Positions 1 to 7,665 of a DNA stretch of 29,278 nucleotides are shown in pieces. Made by a program: the position numbers and the translations under genes. Position 1 is the stretch's first letter. Each line of letters opens with the position of its first letter. The notes under the pieces are model-generated. The model did no database searches and was not told the origin of the DNA. It worked only from the letters and a program-made list of their open reading frames with translations. The DNA lies in contig JBJCIZ010000751.1 in assembly GCA_051294375.1 (NCBI GenBank), forward strand, positions 1-29,278, read 5' to 3'. Source of the stretch: Paraspadella gotoi (taxonomy: Eukaryota > Animalia > Chaetognatha).

Positions 1-541
1 AAAAAATTGAATATATTCTATACTGTTTTAAATATTATCAACCAATTTTTGACAAATATCGAAACCACTGTGGATTTTCACGAAGGTTTTACGCCCGATT
101 TAATAAGCGAAGAAGCATTAAAAGGTCGTAAGACATTATTGATTTTGGATGACATTTTAGCGGATATGGTTTTTCGGAATTTGCACAATTTATTTGTCCG
201 TCAGAGTAGCCATCTCTCAATTTCTTTACGTTTTTCTCGTAACTCATAATTTTTTAGTCAAGTGATTAAAAATTTAAAGAGCTGCAACTCAATACTTTTA
301 TTAATATAATATGAGAAGTCCCAAGGACAAATCTAGTTTTAGAACGTTAGCTCATCAAATGTTCCCTGGACAAATTGATTTCTTCATGTCTTCCATAGAC
401 CACGCCCACAAGCAATCTAATTATGGTTATTTGTTTGTGGATGCGCATCCGGGGACGGACGAGAGACTAAAGTTAAGAACTAACGTTTTGCCAGGAGAAA
501 TTCAAACTTGCTATATCCCTATAAAAGAGAAGAATAACTAA
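1..541 (+). pseudogene. A32/FtsK-like DNA packaging ATPase, C-terminal part, frameshifted
   Basis: Walker B LLILDD, then LFVRQSSHLSIS (F..GSHH-like motif); second fragment MRSPKDKS..TLAHQMFPG...YGYLFVDAHP.T.E.LKLRTNVLP is typical of Maverick ATPases. The frame is broken at about 220-310 and Walker A lies upstream of the window. Confidence 0.88.
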
Positions 542-558
542 GAATTTGTGTTAGTTTC

Positions 559-915
559 GTGAATGGGTTCGTTCGCGTCATGTCTCGCGGTAAACTAAAT
601 AAAAAAATCATACCCTGTCTTCAATATTTTTGCTCTTTATCAATTCCGCAGTGTAAAGAGCTGACTAAATTTGATGACGTAACAAAAGTTATAGCGGAGA
701 TTTGTTTTAATATATCAGCGGGAAACATACGTATATCTAACGGTCATAGGAGGAAATTACAGCCCTATAAAAAAATATTTCATTTACTAAGCGATAAAAA
801 GATCGCGCTAAAAAAGAAAAAAGCTACTTTGCACCAAAAAGGTTTAGGTTTTTTCAGGAATTTGGTCACGGTTATACCTTTTGTGATCCGCGAGCTGAAA
901 AATTTAATCATTTAA
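559..915 (+). CDS. Small conserved Maverick protein (putative virion core/membrane-active precursor) with QKGLG motif
   Basis: Pattern IAEICFNISAGNI...LQPYKKIFHLL..KK...KK..LHQKGLGFF..LV resembles the small basic Maverick ORF next to the ATPase; an amphipathic C-terminus follows QKGLG. The ATG start is probably at 562 or 580. Confidence 0.75.
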   Translation: MNGFVRVMSRGKLNKKIIPCLQYFCSLSIPQCKELTKFDDVTKVIAEICFNISAGNIRISNGHRRKLQPYKKIFHLLSDKKIALKKKKATLHQKGLGFFRNLVTVIPFVIRELKNLII

Positions 916-917
916 AC

Positions 918-1784
918 ATGAAACGAATGTTTTTAATTTCTGAACATCAACTTAAATCGTTAGATAAGTATCCGAGAAATGAGGAAGACATAAAACTTAA
1001 AGCAATACAGAAAAACTTTTTTGAAAATAAAACTTTAAACGAAAATATTGAGAATGACGATTGGGCTTCAATAAGTAAAAAATTAGAACCTTTGCTGGCT
1101 AAATTAAAAGATAAAAGCGAGAGTAACGTCGTTTCCGGAAAAGAGCAGACTTTGTCGTTGTCCGTTCCACCGCCGACGCGAACGGTTCCGCCAACGCCGA
1201 CACGATCGCCGCGGTTTTCCAGATCCGTTGACCCGGAAACTTCGTACGAGTCTGTTCCGTTTTTGAGTGAAACGGACGACTTTGACGACGCCCTTGACGA
1301 CGATAGCGGTGACTCTCGTGACGACGATAGCGATGATTACGAGGAAATGAGCGAAGCTGAAAAAACCAATGATTTTCTTTTAAGCAAAATTAGTCCGTTT
1401 TTCCATAAACGAGCTGCCGCATTGTTGACTGGTTTGAGAGAACTTCCTTCCGTTAACGTAACCAACGAAAAAATATTTATTAATGAACAGCCGCTTTCGG
1501 CTTCTACCCCTCAGATTGTGGACGAACTCGTCAGAGCTAAAAACAGTTGTCCGCTCGAGGTCTCGCCTCTATTAACAGTTTTAGATAAAGCGGGGCTGTT
1601 AGATTCGTTGGTATTTAATAAACGGGCTAAATCAAAATATTATGGGAAAAGTCCTCCCAAAAAGTCGTTGCCAAAAAAACAAACAAAGAACAAAAAACAG
1701 ACCGAAAAACAAACAAAAAAATCAGCAACAGAAAAGCAAAAAGGCAAGGGTATTGGTAAATCAAAATATCAAAGCTTATATTGA
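918..1784 (+). CDS. Conserved-position Maverick hypothetical protein with C-terminal QKGKG motif
   Basis: 288 aa; N-terminal MKRMFLISE, acidic middle, basic C-terminus ending QKGKGIGKSKYQSLY; lies immediately upstream of the integrase. Confidence 0.75.
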   Translation: MKRMFLISEHQLKSLDKYPRNEEDIKLKAIQKNFFENKTLNENIENDDWASISKKLEPLLAKLKDKSESNVVSGKEQTLSLSVPPPTRTVPPTPTRSPRFSRSVDPETSYESVPFLSETDDFDDALDDDSGDSRDDDSDDYEEMSEAEKTNDFLLSKISPFFHKRAAALLTGLRELPSVNVTNEKIFINEQPLSASTPQIVDELVRAKNSCPLEVSPLLTVLDKAGLLDSLVFNKRAKSKYYGKSPPKKSLPKKQTKNKKQTEKQTKKSATEKQKGKGIGKSKYQSLY

Positions 1785-2958
1785 TGACGAAATTAAAAAT
1801 AAAATTTTAAAAACAGGTTATTATACAGCTAATTTACCAAGTTCATACAGTTCTGTTAAAAATTTATATAAATATGCCAATAGTAAAAATTCAGCTATTA
1901 AAAAAAAGGACGTTCTTGATTTTCTCTACAAACAGGAATCTTACATTCAGCATAAACCAATTAATAAGAAATTTCCGAGACGTCAATCGGTGCGATTGTT
2001 TTGTTACGATCAATTCGGTGCTGACGAAGTAGACGTCCGTGCCCTGAAAAAATTCAATTCACAAATAACTTTTTTATTAACGATAATTGATGAATTTTCT
2101 TCATTTTTATGGGTATTTCCACTTCGTCGCAAAACTAAGGACGAAATAAAAGATGCTTTTTTAAATTTGTTCACGATGACTGGAAAAACGCCTAATTTAT
2201 TACACACTGATCGAGCTAAAGAATTAGTGTATTTGGCACCATTTTGGAAAAAGTATGGAATAAAACATTTTTCAACTAACAGTATATATAAAAATACAAA
2301 AATAGAAAGAAAAAATAAAGATTTAGAGAATAGGCTTTTTCGTTACATGACCGCTTCAAATTCTCTCCGTTACCTGGATGTTTTAAGAGACATCGTTGAG
2401 GCTATAAACTCGAGCACGAGCCGTTCGTTGTTTGGTTTTAGTCCTCGCGAAGTCATTACAGACGCCGCCAAAGAGAGAATCGTTCAACGAAAAATTATTG
2501 CGAGCAATAAGAAGAGATACGAATTGTTGGAGCGTAGGTATAAAAGGAGACCGAGAATTTTTCATCTTCAGTCTCCGGTAAGAACGGTTAATTTGAAGAG
2601 ATCGATCTATGATAGAGGATATGAAAAAAAATTTGACAACAAAACCCGATTCATAACAAAAGTAGATGAATTTTTTCCAAGATTATATTCTGTTAGTGGC
2701 TTAAAACGTCGATTTTACTCGGGAGAATTGGTTTTAGCTACGGCAAATAGCGATAACGAGACGGATAGAGTTTATTACATAGCGAAAAAGAGGAAACGCC
2801 CGTCCTGGACCACGAGGCGGGGCACGGAATCCGTCTCGCACGATTTTGAATATTTACTAAAGGACAAAACTTCGGATTTGAGTCGTTGGATTTCAGAGGG
2901 CGAATATAAGGAATTAAAACGTAAACATCTCTTGAATTTTGAAAATAATGAATCATGA
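1642..2958 (+). CDS. Retroviral-like (rve) DDE integrase with degenerate C-terminal chromodomain-like segment
   Basis: YY..NLPSSYSSV..LY, FL.KQESY..HKP..KKFPRR, QFGADEVD (D), LTIIDEFS, LHTDRAKE (D), KIERKNK (E), YLDVL.DIV.AINS; tail YYIAKK...EYLLK...RWI. The true start is uncertain because it overlaps the previous ORF. Confidence 0.95.
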   Translation: MGKVLPKSRCQKNKQRTKNRPKNKQKNQQQKSKKARVLVNQNIKAYIDDEIKNKILKTGYYTANLPSSYSSVKNLYKYANSKNSAIKKKDVLDFLYKQESYIQHKPINKKFPRRQSVRLFCYDQFGADEVDVRALKKFNSQITFLLTIIDEFSSFLWVFPLRRKTKDEIKDAFLNLFTMTGKTPNLLHTDRAKELVYLAPFWKKYGIKHFSTNSIYKNTKIERKNKDLENRLFRYMTASNSLRYLDVLRDIVEAINSSTSRSLFGFSPREVITDAAKERIVQRKIIASNKKRYELLERRYKRRPRIFHLQSPVRTVNLKRSIYDRGYEKKFDNKTRFITKVDEFFPRLYSVSGLKRRFYSGELVLATANSDNETDRVYYIAKKRKRPSWTTRRGTESVSHDFEYLLKDKTSDLSRWISEGEYKELKRKHLLNFENNES

Positions 2959-3869
2959 ATGGATTCAATGTTACTTTATTAAGTAACCACAATGAATTAG
3001 ATTACATAAATAGTCCGACTCAATTCAGAAATAGATTACAAGATCCCATTTACTTAAATAGTACGACCGAGGTCGCGCTTCGTGAGATTAGCATTGAGAG
3101 AGCCATTTTAAATATTACTGAGCCTAGTAAAATTGAAATATTTGACCATTTTTATAAGAATAGAGAAACGAATAAATTTGGATTTTTACACACTTTTAAA
3201 ATAGAGCAAGGCTATTATCAATCCGAATCAATTTTATGTAAATATTTAAATGATTTAATTATTTTGGTCGTTCCACGATTGCGGAAAGAGGGACCCAACC
3301 AGTTCAGATCATTCTTTAAATACGATTCTATAACTAATAAATTTTTTTATCGTTTTTTTGATAAAGATTACATAACTGTTATATTATATGGAGAACTGCT
3401 TAACATATTAGGACTAAAAACGAGCTCCGATTCGACGACAAAGTTTAAAACTTTTGGCCGTGACAAGGCCGCGGAGGGTTACGTCTTTAAGACTAAGGAA
3501 AATACTTTGGTGAAACGGGAATTTGAGGATAAAACGGTTTATAGTAATACTTTAAAGGGAATAGTACACTGCTCTTTCGTAAATAGACTAAATACAGATT
3601 CTACTTTGTTTATTTATTTAAACATTTGTGAGGAGACGCATTTTGGTTGCGAAAAGAGAAACTTGTTAGACGTCGTACTGCCGCGGGATAAAACGGCGGG
3701 CAGGGTTGTCATTGAGAGGAGCTGTCTTAATTACGTGAGAGTAAAACCGAGAGGGCGAGTGAGTGAAATATTTGTAGATATTAGAGACTCGCGAAACCAG
3801 CCGGTTAAAATTCGGAGCGGTTATACGAGATTACTATTGCACTTTAGAGAAAATAAATGTCTAGATTAG
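2955..3869 (+). CDS. Minor capsid protein (penton, single jelly-roll)
   Basis: FNVTLLSN...NSPTQFRNRL.DPIYL...EVALREI at the N-terminus and FIYLNI.E..FG...LL.VV...YVRV...SEIFVDIRD...LLLHFR at the C-terminus are typical of Maverick mCP; ATGA overlap with the integrase stop. Confidence 0.9.
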   Translation: MNGFNVTLLSNHNELDYINSPTQFRNRLQDPIYLNSTTEVALREISIERAILNITEPSKIEIFDHFYKNRETNKFGFLHTFKIEQGYYQSESILCKYLNDLIILVVPRLRKEGPNQFRSFFKYDSITNKFFYRFFDKDYITVILYGELLNILGLKTSSDSTTKFKTFGRDKAAEGYVFKTKENTLVKREFEDKTVYSNTLKGIVHCSFVNRLNTDSTLFIYLNICEETHFGCEKRNLLDVVLPRDKTAGRVVIERSCLNYVRVKPRGRVSEIFVDIRDSRNQPVKIRSGYTRLLLHFRENKCLD

Positions 3870-4402
3870 GAATAATTCATTCGGCAACCTCGCGGCGGCG
3901 AGGTCCGATGGATCAGCGCGGTTTTGGATTATTGGGGAGAGAAAAAAAAAATGAGGAAACTTTCCCTCAATCTCGTTATTTAAAAAACTCTGATATTGAC
4001 CAAGGCGATTGGAAAGGGGGCGGATGGGGCGGCGGCCGTAGCGTTGGAAGTAAGAAAAGAAAATCGGCCGATGAGCTGGAAGGCCGAAAGTGTCAGTATA
4101 GTTGTCTCGGAATAACCAGCGGAACGGACGATCCTTTGGACGATCGAGTTTATTCCATTAAAAAGAAAAGGAAAATGACGGTTGCATCGACAAAGAAAAG
4201 AAAGAAAGCCAAAACAAAGAAAAAGAAAAAACCGACTATGAAAAAGAACAAAGGAAAAAAGAAAACTAAAAGTTTAAAAAAAAAGAAAGGGAAAAAGTTA
4301 TCTCGGAATAAAAAGAAGAAACAAAAAACGAAAAAAAAGAAGGGAGGTAGTAAAAAGAAAAAAAGTGAAAAGTCAGCACCCTATTCGATTTTTAACCGCT
4401 AA
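3857..4402 (+). CDS. Lysine-rich putative core/DNA-condensing protein with QRGFG motif
   Basis: QRGFGLLG near the N-terminus, very Lys-rich C-terminal half ending YSIFNR; lies between mCP and MCP as in other Mavericks. Confidence 0.75.
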   Translation: MSRLGIIHSATSRRRGPMDQRGFGLLGREKKNEETFPQSRYLKNSDIDQGDWKGGGWGGGRSVGSKKRKSADELEGRKCQYSCLGITSGTDDPLDDRVYSIKKKRKMTVASTKKRKKAKTKKKKKPTMKKNKGKKKTKSLKKKKGKKLSRNKKKKQKTKKKKGGSKKKKSEKSAPYSIFNR

Positions 4403-4434
4403 AGGGGGGCGGAAGGGGGGTTGAGGAGAAAATG

Positions 4435-4467
4435 TATAAAAAGAGGAGACGAGAGAATTCCGTCAGT
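4435..4467 (+). promoter_or_regulatory. Pol II core promoter of MCP: TATA box plus TCAGT initiator
   Basis: TATAAAAAG at 4435 and TCAGT at 4463-4467 (A at 4465, 30 nt after TATA), upstream of the ATG at 4551. Confidence 0.7.
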
Positions 4468-4550
4468 TAAATTGAATGTTCTTACAATCTTGACGACGAG
4501 ATAATAAAAAAATAAAATCACAAAGCGTTACAAAACAAAACAAAAAAAAA

Positions 4551-5930
4551 ATGTCTAACGCATTTATTTCAACCGAGTTAAACAATGATAGACTAGCTTG
4601 TTTAGATTTATTTACCGAGCCGAGCGAAGATTTTTCCATAGTACATTCTTACTATAAGGAATATGAACCTTTGGGGGGACATAGTTCAAAAAAATTACAA
4701 TTTTGCATAGAACCTTCGGAACATTTTTTAGATATTTCGGAAAACCGACTGGAATTAAAAGTACGTATTATTAATAAAGATGGGACTCCCATAGATAAAT
4801 CAAGCTATCAATGCAGTTTTATTCAAGTACCGCATAGCAGTTTATTTTCAGGCATAGATTTAAAAATTGACAATAAATCTGTAGAAAGAGATATGATTAA
4901 CAATCATCATTACGCCGCTTATCTCATTAAGCTGTTTAATTATTCGTGGGAAACGTTACACTCGAAATTAAGTTTGCAAGGTTGGGAGACGGAAACTTCG
5001 CTCGGCGGAGCTCCGGATTTTAGCGCCGCCACGGGCAGTATAGGTCTAAAATCTCGCGCGGATCTTACGCGCGAGGGTCGTATTCTGACTTTGTCGGGAC
5101 CAATAACGACTCCGTTACACTCTCAAGGTCGCTTATTACCTAGCATGGTAAAGCTTAATTACGTTTTTGAGCTTAATTCCCCAAATGTTTGTATTAAAAA
5201 AGCCGCTGGTGAAGACGATTTTAATTATGAGATTTTGTCGGCAAAATTGCTCGTCAAGAGAGTACAACTGGCAGAATCGGTTTCTCTTAGAATAGAAAAT
5301 AGATTAGCGAAAACTCCTGCAAAATATCCAATTACCTATTTCAAGTGTACCGATTACACTTTACCATCGGGTAATTTAACCTATAGCATATCTAACGTTT
5401 TTTCCTCTGAATTTTTGCCAAATTTTTCCATTTTGGGTTTGGTGACTGAAACGGAATATCTTGGAACTCAGAGATCAAGCCCATTTAATTTTCAAAGTTT
5501 TGGATTATCGGAGGCGACTTTTACCGTTGACGGATTCTCTTTTCCGGCAGAAAATTTTAATTTAAAGTTTTCCGACGATACGACCATCAATGACGATCGC
5601 ACGGTAACTATTACGGCTAGAAACCGTGACGTCAGCCGAGGTTACGCGAGTTTGTTTTCGAACGTACCGAGCATGGCGAACGTTGGTTTGCCTATAAGTC
5701 AGGAAAAATACAGATCGGGAGGATTCGCGCTCCTGTGCGTACAATTTAATTCGTACGATAGAGTGCATCTGTCGAACAGCGTTCCGGGCAAGCGAATCGG
5801 TACGGCAAAATTATCGCTTAAATTTCGAACCGCGCCCAGTTCGTCGCTTAAACTAATTCTTTTTACGGAATCTTACGAGATACTAAGAATCAACCATCTT
5901 CGACAACCAATCATTAATTATTTTTCGTGA
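4551..5930 (+). CDS. Major capsid protein (hexon, double jelly-roll)
   Basis: LDLFTEP...SI..SYYKEY.P, LQFCI, FLD.S...LELKVRI, HSSLFS.IDLKID, YAAYL..LFNYS, LHSQGRLLP, AKYPI, SPFNFQ motifs; 459 aa, intact. Confidence 0.93.
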   Translation: MSNAFISTELNNDRLACLDLFTEPSEDFSIVHSYYKEYEPLGGHSSKKLQFCIEPSEHFLDISENRLELKVRIINKDGTPIDKSSYQCSFIQVPHSSLFSGIDLKIDNKSVERDMINNHHYAAYLIKLFNYSWETLHSKLSLQGWETETSLGGAPDFSAATGSIGLKSRADLTREGRILTLSGPITTPLHSQGRLLPSMVKLNYVFELNSPNVCIKKAAGEDDFNYEILSAKLLVKRVQLAESVSLRIENRLAKTPAKYPITYFKCTDYTLPSGNLTYSISNVFSSEFLPNFSILGLVTETEYLGTQRSSPFNFQSFGLSEATFTVDGFSFPAENFNLKFSDDTTINDDRTVTITARNRDVSRGYASLFSNVPSMANVGLPISQEKYRSGGFALLCVQFNSYDRVHLSNSVPGKRIGTAKLSLKFRTAPSSSLKLILFTESYEILRINHLRQPIINYFS

Positions 5931-5933
5931 GCG

Positions 5934-6545
5934 ATGTTCGGACGAGATTTAGTCAGGGCGCTCGAAAGCGACGCCGAAACAAAATCAATTTTTGGGGGAT
6001 TGTATAGTCGCGATTCTTTACCCGAGACATTGGAGCAAAAGAAAGTTTATGTATGTAACACGGCATTTCAAAATTTAAAAATAGGTCATTGGATTCTTTT
6101 GTCAACTATGGAAGGAAAAAAATTTTCAGATTATTTTTGTTCCCTCGGAGGCGAACCATCTTCCGAGTTTTTAAAAGTTTTATCTCGCTCTACTAAAAAA
6201 TATGTTAGATATCAACCTCGCATCTTGCAGTCTTTGAGTCCGGACAGCGAAGCTTGCGGTTATTTTGTACTTTTAGCCGCTCACGCTTTGTCTCGCGATT
6301 TAACTTTGAACGAGACGCTAAAATTTTTTTTTTCCGGACCGGACACGGCTATTGGAAGGTATAAAAGGGACCGTAACGTGGAGCGATTCGTCAGTTGCAT
6401 TTTTGGACTTCCAAAGTTGAGAACAACTTGCCGATACAATTTTGAGAAAGCGAGAGAATCTGAAAATTATGGATTATGGCCCCGAGACAAAAGAAGAAAA
6501 AAGCGACGCGAAAAAGCAAAGCGGAAGCCTTTCGAGATTTCATGA
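5934..6545 (+). CDS. Adenain-like (clan CE) cysteine maturation protease
   Basis: FGGLYSRD.LP, YVCNT, GHW (His), DYFCSLG, ILQ (oxyanion Gln), ACGYFVL (Cys), RDRNVERFV. Confidence 0.93.
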   Translation: MFGRDLVRALESDAETKSIFGGLYSRDSLPETLEQKKVYVCNTAFQNLKIGHWILLSTMEGKKFSDYFCSLGGEPSSEFLKVLSRSTKKYVRYQPRILQSLSPDSEACGYFVLLAAHALSRDLTLNETLKFFFSGPDTAIGRYKRDRNVERFVSCIFGLPKLRTTCRYNFEKARESENYGLWPRDKRRKKRREKAKRKPFEIS

Positions 6546-6736
6546 TAAAAAACAGAGTAAACGGTTCGCAAATAAAAAAAAAGAAAAGAAAATCCAGGAA
6601 AAAAAATGTGAGAAAAGAAAAAAATGTAAGGGCGAGTTCTTTAACCAAAGAAAAAATGGAAATTCTTCGTCGAGCCGGTTATGTAAAAACAAATCCCTTG
6701 GACATTTATCTCTCAAGATTGCGAGGTCAATTTTGA
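6476..6736 (+). CDS. Small basic hypothetical protein (may continue through a frameshift into 6442..7245)
   Basis: MAPRQKKKK..., Lys/Arg-rich, overlapping the protease 3' end; the alternative frame downstream contains QRGGRG and TEPT/SEPT repeats. Confidence 0.45.
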   Translation: MAPRQKKKKATRKSKAEAFRDFMIKNRVNGSQIKKKKRKSRKKNVRKEKNVRASSLTKEKMEILRRAGYVKTNPLDIYLSRLRGQF

Positions 6737-6934
6737 ACGTCGTTCGCGAGTCTTTTCGCGATTTTGCACACCTGATGGGAAGTATGAATTTGAGTACGTC
6801 GGCGGCGTCGGCGAAGCCGCCGACGAACCGGAAACGAGTACAAAGAGGGGGGAGAGGAAAAAAAAAGAAAAGTCGCGAAATAGATTTTGAAAGGGACCGG
6901 TTTTTCCTGACGTCAGAGGTCAACCATCCGATGA

Positions 6935-7093
6935 CGGAACCGACGACGGAGCCGACATCGGAACCGACATTGGAACCGACATCGGAACCGTCATCGGAAC
7001 CGACATCGGAACCACGCGCGATCGCTTTGACGGCTCCTTCCGTACCGGCTCCAACGTCGCCCCGGGGGTCGCCCCGGGGGTCGCCCCGGGGGT
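6935..7093. repeat. 12-bp tandem repeats (CGGAACCGACAT-like, about 7 copies; then TCGCCCCGGGGG, about 3 copies)
   Basis: Direct reading; encodes TEPT/SEPT and SPRG repeats in the + frame. Confidence 0.85.
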
Positions 7094-7372
7094 CATTGGA
7101 ATCATCGGGGTCATTTTCACCTTTGTCTTCGTCGTGCTCGATGTACTCGTCGGTGAATTCGCCAATTCTGTCATTTTCGTTCGACGATGCGCTCCGTTTG
7201 TTGGGAGCGGAGGAGGATCGAGAGGGTGAGTCATTTTCAACTTGACCTCTCGCGAGTATGATTCACCTCGAACGCGTGGACCCGCTCGTGCGTTAAACCT
7301 ATTGCATTGACCAAAGGGTGAGGGAGAAGAGAGAAGAGGAAGAGGAAGCGATTGCCGCTGGAGGGCAAAAAG

Positions 7373-7380
7373 TATAAAAG
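7373..7380 (+). promoter_or_regulatory. TATA box upstream of the 803-aa ORF; AP-1 site TGAGTCA at 7227-7233
   Basis: TATAAAAG at 7373, followed by a pyrimidine/A-rich leader to the ATG at 7666. Confidence 0.5.
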
Positions 7381-7665
7381 CGGGGGTTGGTTTAGCGAAG
7401 AATCAAACGAATCGGTTGCTCTCACTTTTCCATCGCGAGACTTTATCTCCTTTCAATTCCAATTCCAAGTTTTTTTTATCTCAAGACTCAAACTCAAACT
7501 ACAAATTGCAAATTTTTCTCTCTAACGCACAAACTTTAACGCGCAATCTCTCTCTCTCTCTCTCACACACACTCGGCTCATCCCATCATTTAAAAAAAAA
7601 ATTAAACTTTTTTTCAAAAAAAATTTGAAAAAAAAAAAAAACTTTTTCAAAGCAAAAGAAAAAAA

